Numbered from the whole stretch's first letter, positions 13,859 through 27,254 are shown. The stretch is DNA of 62,987 nucleotides, filler included, from Octopus bimaculoides (GCF_001194135.2; 5 parts of 4 records of this genome joined end to end with filler, not necessarily neighbours in it), one strand, 5' to 3'. Notes: generated by a model from the sequence alone, not told the origin. Program-made: numbers and translations.

Positions 13859-14371
13859 GCATATAACAATTGATAGAGGTATACAAGCATTAATATACGT
13901 ATGTCAGTATTACTATAGACACATAAACATTACTTATTCGTAGCTATGTAAATATTGATCTTCATATACTATCATATACATAGAGGTGTAACATCTGCTA
14001 TACTGAAGTAACAGCGTGATATCCTCACAGATATATGTAGTTATAAAATAGTTTCCTGAGAAATAACTCCAAAGTGTGTGATGAACTATTAGTATCAACT
14101 AATATTATGTATTGGTAGACTCTGAACAAATCCGTTTTCTAATATAATTGTCATGGTTACTATTTTATTTCACTGACGTCACTGACTTAGAATTCTCTCC
14201 GATTAACAACAACAACAACAAAAACAAATCTACTGGTTTATCAAATAGTTTATATTCACATTTATAACTTTAATTAACAATCAATATATTTCATGAGATT
14301 TATTAATCACCCGTAGAGTACACTGACAATTAGGTTTGTTTTAATCTAAGGTTATCAATTTATAATGCATA

Positions 14372-14484
<113 letters not shown>

Positions 14485-14952
14485 TATAAAAGATGAGCTA
14501 CAGCAAATATTCTGCTCAATACCACAGATTTGCTTGTCAGTTGTTTGACCTTAACCAGTTGAAGATGTCCCTTGGTGACTGACGATATGTACATCCCTGA
14601 TCACGAGTAGAAGTAATGGGGAGCATCATAGCCATGTGTTGAGAGGAATTCTTTGGGGCTTGAATAATTCACCTCTGGAAACATGGGTGTTTTGTTCATC
14701 ATCCTTACAACAAACCTTATTCAGGAACCTTTTTAGTAGGATAGGCTACTCAACCTGAAGAAAATTCTAACTGGGCCCCACCTGCGAGGTCATGCACTGT
14801 TTATCTTGATATGAGATCGCTATGTCGCGCACATATAGTTATGATGCATGTACCTAGTGTACCCTTATCGGACGGGTAGTCATGATGGGTATAATGGGCT
14901 TCGTATATTTGTACCCCAGTGTCATTTTGATGGCATCCATTTCACTCTCACT

Positions 14953-14953
14953 C

Positions 14954-15031
<78 letters not shown>

Positions 15032-15051
15032 AATAATAATAATAATAATAA
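14953..15051. repeat. (CAA)n(TAA)n compound microsatellite
   Basis: Read directly; the source of the poly-Q, poly-N and poly-L ORFs. Confidence 0.95.
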
Positions 15052-15115
15052 TGGTTTCAAATTTTGGCGCAAGGCAAAGAAGAAGAAGAAGAAGAAGAGG
15101 AGGAGGAGGAGGGCT

Positions 15116-15340
15116 TAGTCAAATATAAAGGTCTTGAAATAGAGTTAACTAGACTGCGGGGCCAGAAAACAGAATTAATCTCTCAAATAATATTTGTCCC
15201 AAGAATGATAATAAAACATGCGGGCAAACACAACAGTAACTCCAAAATTCACGCATTTATACGCGACATGAGGTAAGTAAAAAGAACACTACTGGTTATC
15301 GTACACATATCACTAAAGTACCCCAGGACTTAGCTATTCA
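15116..15340 (+). mobile_element. R4/Dong-like non-LTR retrotransposon, C-terminal fragment
   Basis: VKYKGLEIELTRLRGQKTELI...RMIIKH...LLVIVHI resembles the KYxDLEIExxRxWxxKTxxIPIIxGALGxIxK...LLGTAHILR ending of restriction-like-endonuclease retroelements. Assignment from memory. Confidence 0.55.
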
Positions 15341-15689
15341 TAACATTGAGAAAACAACACTACAAAGCACTTTGTATACTTTGTAAATGACAATACCAGA
15401 AGAAAACAGTGTTTTTATAAAAGATACATTGAGCTGCACTCATCACAGCGGTGAAAGTATGCAGGAAAACTAAGAGAGCTGAATTATAATGATAATTGAG
15501 GGGAAGCGGGTTACATGATTGAGGCCAGTACTTGGTGCTTTATTTTATTTAAAAAAATTAATAAAATGCAAAAATGATCTTGGGAGAATTTGGAACTCAG
15601 AATGTGAAAAGGTCTAACTAAATATTCCGGGGCATTTTGTTTGCTGCTTTACTAATTTCGCCAATGATACCAAGACCAATACCCAACAA

Positions 15690-15922
15690 AGGAAATTCTT
15701 TCTGATTCTTGGGACAAAGCCAGTAAAGTTGAGGGGAGGGGAAGTCGATTACATCGACTCCAGTGCTCAAATGGTATTTGACTTTTTAAAAATTTTTAAT
15801 CGACTCCGAAAAGAAAGAAATGCAAAGTCGACCTCGGCGGAATTTGAACTCGAAAGGTAAAAACGGACGAAATACCTGTAAGCATTTTGCTCGGCTTGCT
15901 AACGTTTCTGCCAGCTCATCGC
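15690..15922 (-). mobile_element. tRNA-derived SINE (family B)
   Basis: gtcgattacatcgac...gcaaagtcgacctcggcggaatttgaactc...aacgtttctgccagctc; the reverse complement has a tRNA-like head with B box gagttcaaattcc. Confidence 0.8.
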
Positions 15923-16256
15923 CTTGATACCATTGAGCATAATAAAACAATATGAGTCACACATAGCCTGTACAATAGAACATCAAATACAAAATAATAT
16001 CAAATACAACGCGTCAGCTTTGTATTGTTGTGGGATCCTCTTCGTTGCTTTTGGTGGGGTTTTTTTTTTTTAGTATTTCGTCTGTTCTCGGTTAAATCAA
16101 CCCCAGTGCGTGACTGGGGCTTAATTTTTTTTTTTACCCCGATAAGTTGAAAAGTAAAACTGATCTCGTTGGGATTCGAACTGGAAATGTAAGAAGTTGG
16201 ACCAAATGTTGCAAAACAGTCTGCTCAATGCTGTAACGATTCTAGCAATTAACCAC

Positions 16257-16622
16257 TCTAATAATCCTTTCTACTGGAAGCACAAGGCCTCAGATATTTG
16301 GGGAAGGGATTAAGTCGATTACATCGACCCCAGTGCGTAAACTGGTACTTATTTAATCGACCCCGAAAGGATGAAAGGCAAGGTCAACCTTGGCGTAATT
16401 TGAACTCAGAACGTATCGACGGGCGAAATACTGCTAAGAATTTCGCCCAGTGTGCTAACGTTTCTTATTTTTTATTGCCCACAGGGGGCTAAACACAGAG
16501 GGGACAAACAAGGACAGACAAAGGGATTAAGTCGATTACATCGATCTCAGTGCGTAACTGGTACTTATTTAATCGACCCCGAAAGGATGAAAGGTAAAGT
16601 CGACCTGGGCGGAATTTGAACT
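16257..16622 (-). mobile_element. Two abutting SINE family B copies (head-to-tail dimer)
   Basis: gggattaagtcgattacatcga...ctggtacttatttaatcgaccccgaaaggatgaaagg occurs twice (16305-16380 and 16522-16600); junction at 16465/16466. Confidence 0.85.
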
Positions 16623-18474
16623 TAGTAGTAGTAGTAGTAGTTCTGAAAGGCGCAAAGCCACGTTAAGCTATTTCGGAGGAAAAGCCCAGTACATAACTGG
16701 TATTTATACTATCGACTTTTGTGAACATGACACACAAAGTCGACCTTAAATTCCTACATGAACTGAACGTTTAGTTTTCAACGATCCCATCGTGGGACTG
16801 TACCGAATAACCTTTATTTCAAACCTCTTCAACCCAAACTGTTCCTTTATTGTTATAGATGCCCTTCCGTAATATATCTCAATTACTTCCAACTATGTAC
16901 CGAATTATTTCGTTTATGGCAGCCTTAACCTAAATCCCTTCTACATCTTTAGCAGCCTTCACCGAAATCTTTGTTATAAACCTCGCAATGTTGTCCATCA
17001 AAGGCTTCTGTCTCTTGTTTCTGTTTAAGAAATTTGATCCGCGTTGGGGAAACTTGTCGCACAAATTTCGTTTTAAAAATTAATTAAATTATTGCTTTCT
17101 TCTTCTTCAAAGAATTTGTTATATATTCTATGGAAATATATTAATTATAGTTAGTCAGCGGAGAAAGCGGGGGAGTCTATGGCCCTTTCTCACGGCCTCC
17201 GATACTGATGAGAAGACGAGATGAAGTTCTCAGACCGGGGGGCCGTCACCCGAATACTTGTAAGAATGGACTCTGCTAAAGACACTCAAAGGCCAGCTGG
17301 TGGAGGTGGTGGCAACTGCAATAGTGATGGTGATGGAGGAAGTGATTCAGTGATGGTGGTGGTGGTGGTGATGGAAGACAGATGATGTCTACCACCCAAG
17401 AAATACAACGTTCTCTCGATAGTTTTGTTTTGTTTTGTTTTTTCTTTCGTTTTGTAATACTCGTTTATGTTTGTTTTCCATTTGTTCTACGCACTGATAA
17501 ACAATATGGCTGAACACATTTGTTTTGTCTTGCTTCTTATTTCTAGCGATTATGTCCCCCCCCCTTTCCCAACTGACAANNNNNNNNNNNNNNNNNNNNN
17601 NNNNNNNNNNNNNNNNNNNNNNNNNNNNNNNNNNNNNNNNNNNNNNNNNNNNNNNNNNNNNNNNNNNNNNNNNNNNNNNNNNNNNNNNNNNNNNNNNNNN
17701 NNNNNNNNNNNNNNNNNNNNNNNNNNNNNNNNNNNNNNNNNNNNNNNNNNNNNNNNNNNNNNNNNNNNNNNNNNNNNNNNNNNNNNNNNNNNNNNNNNNN
17801 NNNNNNNNNNNNNNNNNNNNNNNNNNNNNNNNNNNNNNNNNNNNNNNNNNNNNNNNNNNNNNNNNNNNNNNNNNNNNNNNNNNNNNNNNNNNNNNNNNNN
17901 NNNNNNNNNNNNNNNNNNNNNNNNNNNNNNNNNNNNNNNNNNNNNNNNNNNNNNNNNNNNNNNNNNNNNNNNNNNNNNNNNNNNNNNNNNNNNNNNNNNN
18001 NNNNNNNNNNNNNNNNNNNNNNNNNNNNNNNNNNNNNNNNNNNNNNNNNNNNNNNNNNNNNNNNNNNNNNNNNNNNNNNNNNNNNNNNNNNNNNNNNNNN
18101 NNNNNNNNNNNNNNNNNNNNNNNNNNNNNNNNNNNNNNNNNNNNNNNNNNNNNNNNNNNNNNNNNNNNNNNNNNNNNNNNNNNNNNNNNNNNNNNNNNNN
18201 NNNNNNNNNNNNNNNNNNNNNNNNNNNNNNNNNNNNNNNNNNNNNNNNNNNNNNNNNNNNNNNNNNNNNNNNNNNNNNNNNNNNNNNNNNNNNNNNNNNN
18301 NNNNNNNNNNNNNNNNNNNNNNNNNNNNNNNNNNNNNNNNNNNNNNNNNNNNNNNNNNNNNNNNNNNNNNNNNNNNNNNNNNNNNNNNNNNNNNNNNNNN
18401 NNNNNNNNNNNNNNNNNNNNNNNNNNNNNNNNNNNNNNNNNNNNNNNNNNNNNNNNNNNNNNNNNNNNNNNNNN

Positions 18475-18623
18475 AACTGGTACTTATTTAATCGACCCCG
18501 AAAGGATAAAAGGCAAAGTCGACCTCGGCGAAATTTGAACTCAGAACGTAACGGCAGACGAAATACCGCTAAGCATTTGGTCTAGCGTGCTAACGTTTCT
18601 TATTTCTTTATTGCCCACAAGGG
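18475..18623 (-). mobile_element. SINE family B copy joined to the tail of another copy
   Basis: Same body as 16340-16465, followed by tatttctttattgcccacaaggg. Confidence 0.85.
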
Positions 18624-19809
18624 CGGTAACAGCGGTAACAGCAACACCAAGAACAGCGCCAAAAACAGCGGCAACAGCAGCGCCAACAGCAGCGCCAACA
18701 ACAGCACTGACAATGACAGCAGCAACATCAAAACTCACAACATACAGCAATAACAACAACTGCGACAGGAGCAGCTAAAACAATAACAACAGAAATTCTA
18801 ATGAAAGTAACCACAACAACAACAACAACAACAACAACAACGTCAATAACAACAGCAACAACAACAATACTAGCAGAAAGACGAATTAGAATACGATTAG
18901 CCAGTCTATATAAAATGTAAAACTGAGAGAATCCATTTTATATGGATTGTACTCAGTTTTATCTCGAGTTGGATCTCTCTCCATACAGGACTTTTGGAAT
19001 CTATATTTCCTTTCTACTACATAATATAATGTACAATGTGCGCGCGCGTGTGTGAGTGTGTGTGTGTGTATGTGTGTGTGTGTGTGTGTGTGTGTACGTG
19101 CGCGCGTGTGCATGTATGTATGTATGAATGTATGTATAGACACTGATCTATAACCGGAAGCGGGGGTAGGAAATCAGATATGAGCGAAAGAAGGAGCCGG
19201 GAGGGCCGTCTTTGATGTGCACACAATATACGACCGTATATATATATTCATGTAGCTAAACAGCGTGCGTCATCTATTTGCAAATATAATTTGAATTTAA
19301 CGAAAACAAACATATTTATAAGAAAAACCAATATATTTTTATAGAATTTGGTACACATATCCTGACATAAACGTTGCAGAAGGCTATTCAATAAAACCTC
19401 CATCATTCTCGATTACTGCCTCGATACAGTTTCTCAAATGACTAAATGCGCCGATCAGTTCATCTTTATTCATGTAGCCCTTAATTTGTTACGATCAGAC
19501 AAATTATAATGTAAGAAAAAGGGGTAAACTTCTGATCGCAACAACAAAGTGATCAAACAGGGAAGCAAATGTTCATTTATGGAGATTATGTCCAGTCTCA
19601 ATTGTTTCAAGGTAGGTGGTGAACGGTCCGACCCGTATGCAGCTCCGTCTCTCGTTTTTCGTACTATCCGCGCCTAACTCCCGCTGCCTTCCCCACTCCC
19701 CTTTTTAACAGGAAGTACGAGATTACCTGCCTTGCTCGTTAACAGGAAGTGAACGAGATTACCTGTCTCGTACTATGCTAACTTCCTGTATATATATTTG
19801 GTTATTCAT

Positions 19810-20640
19810 ACCAACGTTATTTCACTTCTGCCAAACGATCGTTGACAAACGTTTATCTCGCCACCTTCGGAAAATAGAGGGTAAGTTCTCACCCTTCATT
19901 ATCCTATCGGTATACATAACAGCTAAGACATTTCCAATAGCAGACATCAACGAATCATTGGTAATGTGGCCATACTTGTTGATCTCCCTCTCAACGATGC
20001 CTCAGACTTTGTAATCCAGAGCGTTTCAATCAGGTGAGCGAGGAAGTGAAATGGTAGGAGTAACATGGTCATGAAAATTTTCCATCTATTCACTTCTGTG
20101 TCGTGCATGTGTGTGAAAAGGAGTAGAGCCATACAGGAACGTGTATAACTTACCCCCAGCAACTCTCTCAATGTAGAGCTTGACAACTGTCTCCATTGTC
20201 TCAATGCAGGCTACCGGGAAAACTGAGGCATGACATGGCCCTCATTGCTCACGACCCCCAAGGCAATCACAGGCGGCGGGAACTTGCTGTGTACAACAGA
20301 ATGAACTTCAGTGAGGATGGTGCAGAGCTATCTGGCATTCTTCCTCTTCACTTTTTGATCTTAAAGAAAATTCTTATCATGTGAGAACCAGAGCATGATA
20401 GACTCCTCGGGTTGCATGAGTTTGTTCAGCCAACGCTTCGATTGGATGACACGTTTCTCCCGGGTATTATCGAACATAAACTGCTCTCTTCTCATAAGAT
20501 AGGATTTATAGCTGATGTCTTCATGCACTACTCGTCTCACATTTGAATCTAAAACATGGAGACGATTGGAAATAGCCTTCATTGACTTGTCAGGATTCTC
20601 GCTGATGATTTCCTTGACTTGTTAGACAAACTCAACTTTT
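19810..20640 (-). mobile_element. Decayed DD37D-type mariner transposase
   Basis: VRRVVHEDISYKSYLMRREQF...NKLMQPEESIMLWFSHDKNF (FSDEKxF), then DHVTPT...PD*NALDYKV*GIVEREINK; multiple stops and frameshifts. Confidence 0.8.
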
Positions 20641-20724
20641 CTGACAAAGTCTGAACGTCGAGAATATTATTTTTTTTTTCTTTTTGCCACGGAAAATTTA
20701 TTCCCGCCAGAATTGCGAATGAAA

Positions 20725-21030
20725 AGATTTGCAGCAAAATTTGTGCCTCGCTTGCTCACGGAAGATCAAAAGCAGTTATAACTGAATGAATATCATGAAC
20801 TGAAAGAACTGTTGGAATTTGATCTGGACCTTTTTTCGAAAGTCATCACCAGTGACGAAAGCTGGTCCTATGGAATTTGCAGATGTGGAAGAGGTGAAGA
20901 AAGTAAATGACGGACGCTTTAAAAGGCATCACTTCGCAAGAGTTCCAGCACTGCTTCGAACAGTGGAAAAAGAATGGACCGATGCATTGCTTCGAATAGA
21001 GAATACTTTGAAGGCGATAAAAGTGTAAAC
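20725..21030 (+). mobile_element. Deleted DD34D-type mariner remnant
   Basis: KICSKICASL/KFVPRLLTEDQK, DLDLFSKVITSDESWSY (first catalytic D, ITxDExW) and a C-terminal DVEEVKK...EYFEGDK. Confidence 0.75.
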
Positions 21031-21038
21031 ATGTAAAG

Positions 21039-21197
21039 CAGTGGTTCCCAGTCTATGGTCCGCGGAAACCTGGTGGTCCGCAACGGTAGTATTAGGGGTC
21101 CGTGTTAAGCTGACAGACCATTCAATATTTTGGGGTCTGTGGGAAAACTCATTTAAATAAAAGGGGTCTTTGGTAGTGAAAAGGTTGAGAACCACTG
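21039..21197. mobile_element. hAT-type MITE
   Basis: TIRs cagtggttccca / tgagaaccactg; flanks atgtaaag (21031-21038) and atgtaaaa (21198-21205) form a 7/8-matching 8-bp TSD. Confidence 0.85.
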
Positions 21198-22140
21198 ATG
21201 TAAAACTAAGTGAATAAAATAATATTGCAAAATTCCTGTTTCTTTTGGGTACCTCCTCGTATCTGAGAGAATGAGGTTTCGGTGTAGGAAACCCTACCAT
21301 ACCAATTCAATCTTCAGCTTGAATGAATGTGGTCGCTATAGCTGAAACGGCATGATACCATTAATTATTAAACGAGTCCTGCCTGGGTATCCGGTCAATT
21401 CTGGATCCTGTGAGATTGCCAAGGGATGATGGGAAGAAAACCAAAGGAGGCATTCTTTGTTATTGGGTTAGAAGCAAATGGCAAAGTCATTGTTATTTTC
21501 TCACCCTTTATGTGCAGCAGCTAGCATTCTCACTTTCTCATTCCCTTACATTGTTTGTTTGTTTGTTTGTTTCTTTCTTTCTTTCTTTCTTCCTTTTATT
21601 CCTTCATTCTTTCTTCCACTTTCCTTCCNNNNNNNNNNNNNNNNNNNNNNNNNNNNNNNNNNNNNNNNNNNNNNNNNNNNNNNNNNNNNNNNNNNNNNNN
21701 NNNNNNNNNNNNNNNNNNNNNNNNNNNNNNNNNNNNNNNNNNNNNNNNNNNNNNNNNNNNNNNNNNNNNNNNNNNNNNNNNNNNNNNNNNNNNNNNNNNN
21801 NNNNNNNNNNNNNNNNNNNNNNNNNNNNNNNNNNNNNNNNNNNNNNNNNNNNNNNNNNNNNNNNNNNNNNNNNNNNNNNNNNNNNNNNNNNNNNNNNNNN
21901 NNNNNNNNNNNNNNNNNNNNNNNNNNNNNNNNNNNNNNNNNNNNNNNNNNNNNNNNNNNNNNNNNNNNNNNNNNNNNNNNNNNNNNNNNNNNNNNNNNNN
22001 NNNNNNNNNNNNNNNNNNNNNNNNNNNNNNNNNNNNNNNNNNNNNNNNNNNNNNNNNNNNNNNNNNNNNNNNNNNNNNNNNNNNNNNNNNNNNNNNNNNN
22101 NNNNNNNNNNNNNNNNNNNNNNNNNNNNNNNNNNNNNNTT

Positions 22141-22199
<59 letters not shown>

Positions 22200-22696
22200 C
22201 CTCTTACTCCTCTTTCTCCTCTTTCTTTCTCCTCTTGAGTATTTTGTAGTATTTGAGCGCAAATGGCGTTATGTGAATCGCCCAAAATAGCTGCAACCAG
22301 CATGGTTATTCATTTAATCCATTTATTTTTAGTTGATTTTTATATTTGTAAATGTCTCCAACCAGAGTACCAATAGAATATGGTCATTGTAACTACAGCA
22401 GCGAATGCGCTCTTGCTTTGCTTTGTTTACAGAGAACTATTTACTTGCAACTGTTCACACTAACGTTTTGACCCACACACGCATACACATGCATACATGT
22501 GTGCGTTTGTATGTGTGTGCTTGTGTTTGTGTGTGTGTGTGGGTGGGTGGGTTCGCGCATGCATACTGATAGACGCATAAGCTGACATATGCGCGCGCAC
22601 ATAAACATACAAATGCGTATACGTGCTGTGTGCGTGTATATGTGACTATGTATATGTGGTCACATGTGTATATCTCTATTAATGTTAATGCATATA

Positions 22697-22736
<40 letters not shown>

Positions 22737-22745
22737 GGTATGTAT

Positions 22746-22845
22746 NNNNNNNNNNNNNNNNNNNNNNNNNNNNNNNNNNNNNNNNNNNNTTAATTAATTA
22801 ANNNNNNNNNNNNNNNNNNNNNNNNNNNNNNNNNNNNNNNNNNNN
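22746..22845. other. Artificial assembly spacer N44-TTAATTAATTAA-N44 (also 40305-40404, 52534-52633 and 60606-60705)
   Basis: The identical 100-bp construct occurs four times; the 12-mer is palindromic with stop codons in all six frames. Confidence 0.9.
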
Positions 22846-22888
<43 letters not shown>

Positions 22889-22922
22889 CATATATACACA
22901 CATACCAAATCACATTCATCTG

Positions 22923-22966
<44 letters not shown>

Positions 22967-23072
22967 ATTATGTGGGAGTAGGTGTGTGTATGTCGATATA
23001 TATATATTTATATATATAAAATGTGTAGGTGTGTATATATTTTAAAGTGTGTATACAGATGAATGTGATATG

Positions 23073-23115
<43 letters not shown>

Positions 23116-23225
23116 TACACCGTATGCACATATATTATAAATTGTGTGTGGGGGAAGTGTGCGTATGTATGTATGTATGTATGTATATATGTACATGTAT
23201 AAGATAATGTGTGTGTGTGCATATA

Positions 23226-23259
<34 letters not shown>

Positions 23260-23830
23260 AATGTGTGTAGATGTGTTGATTTGTGTAGTGTATCTGTATA
23301 TGCGTGTATTATAAAGTGTGTATGGAGATGTGTGTAATATGGTGTGTTTGTATGTTTGTTGTGTGTGTGTGTGTGTGTATGACAAATGGGAAGCCAATAT
23401 GTTTGAAGTTTTGAGAGTGTATATCTGTGTGTGTGTGTGTGTGTGTGTTGTTTTAGGTTGGAGGTGGGAGTCAGCAGGGTGGGTTCGTCATTTGGAAATT
23501 TGTGTGGTGGGTGGTGATGGTGGTGGATGGTGGATGGTGGATGTAGTTGTTCAAAGTGTTTGTCTACAAACAACAACAATAATCTCACCAGTAACTACAA
23601 TGACAACAACAACAACAAACACAAGCAGAAAAGCAACTGCGCACTCAGGCCCCTGTGTGCTGCTCTCACATCTGTCCCTGTTAGGGGACTCTTGAGGGTG
23701 GCACAACAACAACAACAACAACAACAACAACGACAGGTACAGCACCAACAGCAGTAGCATCTGCTGCAGCAGCTACAGTGGCAGAAACAACAACAACATA
23801 AACAACAATAGGAATAGAAGCAACAGCAGC

Positions 23831-23861
<31 letters not shown>

Positions 23862-24034
23862 ACAACAATGATAGTGACAGCAATAGCTACAACAGCAGCA
23901 GCATGAAATACAATAACAACAACAACTGTACCTAGCAGTTCAGCAAAAGGGACCAATAGAATAAGTACATGAGCTTGAAAAAAAAAAAGCAAAAAAAAAA
24001 ACAAAGATGCCCCAACTCTTCAAGATGTTGCCCC

Positions 24035-24310
24035 AGAATGGCCACATTCCACTGACTGAAACAAATATTTTTTTTTAACTGTTGTTTCGGTCATTCAACT
24101 GTGGCCATGCTGGGGCACTGCCTTGAAGGGAATTTTTTGTTTTAATTGAACAAATTGACCTGCATGGTCGCTGTTTTTCTATTTTTAAAGTTTGGTACTT
24201 ATTCTATCAGTCTCTTTTGCGAAACTGTTAAGTTAGAGGGATATAAATGCACCAACACTGGTTGTCATGTAGTGGTGGTGTGCAAACACTAAGATAAACA
24301 CATGTGTATA
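24035..24310 (-). mobile_element. Degenerate SINE family A 3' half
   Basis: ttgtttcggtcattcaactgtggccatgctggggcactgccttgaagg...ggtacttattctatcagtctc...aatgcaccaacactggttgtca matches the reverse complement of family A. Confidence 0.65.
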
Positions 24311-25020
24311 ATAACGAGAATTTGGGGATGTAAATTTGTAAATGCTTTAATGCATTGCTACATACGTTTCCATGAAGCACATGTTTTTGTGGCTGCATTC
24401 CCCATCTGTAGGACATTACAAATATGTGGCACCAGCCTAATAACTATCTCATAAAATTACTCTGGAAGATGAGAATAATAAATGATATTTGGAAAAATAG
24501 CATAGGAGCTTTTTATGAGTGCACTCAAAAACATTTCACATACACAAACTTAAAGGATTTATATATATATATATAAATTTGATTAAGGAAACAGAAAATG
24601 GATTTAGCACAATGATCGTTTCCACCCATCCTGCAGCTGTCTCATGGGGGTAGGATATTGTGCATCTAGTTGTGTTGCATCAATCGGTGAATTCTGTGTC
24701 ACTTCAAGTGCCTGGTGTGGAAAACGGTATCTCACTAGATATACCAAGTTCTCCTTGGCATGTTGTTCTCACTTGTAGCCCAAATGGTAGACGTGTTTTA
24801 ATCCACATTACTAATAGACATATACCCAAAGTCCAAATAGTTACACATACACACATATGATGGGCTTCTTTCAGTTTCTGTCTACTAAATCTGTTCACAA
24901 GGCTTTGGTCAGTCCAGTGCTGTAGTAGAACACATTTGACCCAAGGTGCTATACTGCAGTAGTGAATCCAAGACCACTTGGTTTGGAGGCAGACTTCTTC
25001 ACCACAGAGCCATGCTTGCA

Positions 25021-25062
<42 letters not shown>

Positions 25063-25211
25063 CATTTTTATTGTTGTTGTTGTTGTTGTTTGTAAATGAT
25101 AAAAGCTAAAAAGATATTTGATAACCACTCTGCAACTAATATATAAAAACATAGACATGTATCCACAGTGAGTTTATGGTTCAATTCCAGTCCACAGCAC
25201 ACCTTACATGT

Positions 25212-25257
<46 letters not shown>

Positions 25258-25970
25258 GATTTCTTAACCTAACCTCTGTGAACGCACACAAATAATAACC
25301 TCATCCATGCCCCTACCTCCAGATGACCTGGAGTGACCTCTGTCACTTTGTTTCTTGTTTTAGGGGGTGGTTTTTGGAGGGGGGGCAGTTTTGTTTGTTT
25401 TTTTAATTTATTTTTTACTCTTTTTTTGTTGTTTGTTTCCACAGTTTATATTTCAGTTGTGTTGGTAATGATGATGATGATGATGATGATGATGATGGTA
25501 GTGATGGTGGTGGTGGTGTTGATGGTGATGATGATGATGATCATAGCAGTGACAATGGAGGTGGTTGTGGTGGTCGTGGTGGTAGTGATAGTGATGATAA
25601 TAGTGATGGTGGTGGTGGTGGTGATGATGATGATGATGGTGTTGGTGGTGATGATGATGATGGTGTTGGTGGTGATGATGATGATGGTGTTGGTGATGAT
25701 GATGATGATGGTGGTGATGATGATGATGATGGTGGTGGTGATGGCAAGGGTTGTATTTAGACAATCTGGTGAAGCAGCTGTACGCCTGGCAATTGTGGCC
25801 ATCCCTCCTTCTCTCTCCCCCAATCTCTCTTTCATCATTACTCCCCTCACATCCACCCACCCTGTCTCATCTCTGTCTACTCCCCCCCTTCTCTGTTTTC
25901 TTTGCTCTGTCTTTTTCCACTATATCCTCTCTCTCTCTCTCTCTCTCACTTACATATATATATATATATA

Positions 25971-26239
25971 TAACGAAGGGTACAACTTGTAGCACAAGCA
26001 TGCTAAAAATAGCAGTCAAAACGATTCAAAACCACAGCTTTCCCTTGTACACAAGGTTGAAATCGAAAGAACAAGCAGTAAAATTTTAAGACCCCCATAC
26101 CATAGACAAAAAAATTCGCAAATGAAAATCAGGCATACCCATATCGATTTCACCCTTGTGTTCAAGGGAAAACTGTGGTTCTAAGTTGTTTTGACTGCTA
26201 TTTTTAGCATGCTGGCGCTACAAGTAGTACCCTTCATTA
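25971..26239. mobile_element. Fold-back MITE with about 95-bp TIRs
   Basis: Arm 25971-26066 (gaagggtacaacttgtagc...gcatgctaaaaatagcagtcaaaac...gaaatcga) is the reverse complement, with mismatches, of 26144-26239; it sits in TA-rich flanks. Confidence 0.85.
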
Positions 26240-26320
26240 TTAATTAATAATTTTGCCTTTATGGTTCTTTTACACATGCTAGCCACTGTTGTTATTGTAA
26301 ATTATTAACAATAATATCCT

Positions 26321-26357
<37 letters not shown>

Positions 26358-27096
26358 NNNNNNNNNNNNNNNNNNNNNNNNNNNNNNNNNNNNNNNNNNN
26401 NNNNNNNNNNNNNNNNNNNNNNNNNNNNNNNNNNNNNNNNNNNNNNNNNNNNNNNNNNNNNNNNNNNNNNNNNNNNNNNNNNNNNNNNNNNNNNNNNNNN
26501 NNNNNNNNNNNNNNNNNNNNNNNNNNNNNNNNNNNNNNNNNNNNNNNNNNNNNNNNNNNNNNNNNNNNNNNNNNNNNNNNNNNNNNNNNNNNNNNNNNNN
26601 NNNNNNNNNNNNNNNNNNNNNNNNNNNNNNNNNNNNNNNNNNNNNNNNNNNNNNNNNNNNNNNNNNNNNNNGCATGATTAAATTAAAACCTTGTTAATAA
26701 ATAAGCATTACTTTTGACAGAATAAAGGGTTGAATACTTAGAAAAAGGGGAAATAGTCTTGATGTTTCGGATGGCGGTCTTTCATCAGAAAAAATGAGAA
26801 AAGGTGATTGGAAAGAAATATATATACATATATATATATATTGGTATGCACACAATCCTATGTATGTTTATTTATGATTGTCTTACTCTCTCTCTTTCCA
26901 TCTCCCAATCTATTTTTACTATCTTCACCTTTCCCTCCATTGGTCTATATATATACCAACATATATACACAGCCTTATGTATGTATATTTGTGGTAACAA
27001 AGCAACAAAAAATATAAACTTATTTTGTTTTTATTTCTTTTATTTGTTGTTTTTTATTTGCATTTTACACTGTCTTCCATCCTACACACAAACACA

Positions 27097-27145
<49 letters not shown>

Positions 27146-27254
27146 CACACACACTCATGCTTGATATACACTTAGAATGTGTGTCTGTATATTTAAGAAG
27201 CTTGCTTTGCAGTCACATGATTTGTAGAAGGCCCTTGCCCAAGGTGTAAAACCA

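Noticed and set aside
17212-17245. CTGATGA followed by a gagaa/ttctc hairpin
   Set aside because: No downstream GAAA or stem III, so it is not a hammerhead.
22790-22801. TTAATTAATTAA as a conserved regulatory or homeodomain site
   Set aside because: Always centred in exactly 44+44 Ns; an assembly spacer.
25333-25992. 219-aa hydrophobic M/V-rich ORF resembling a membrane protein
   Set aside because: A (GAT/GGT)n degenerate trinucleotide tract that is open in several frames on both strands.
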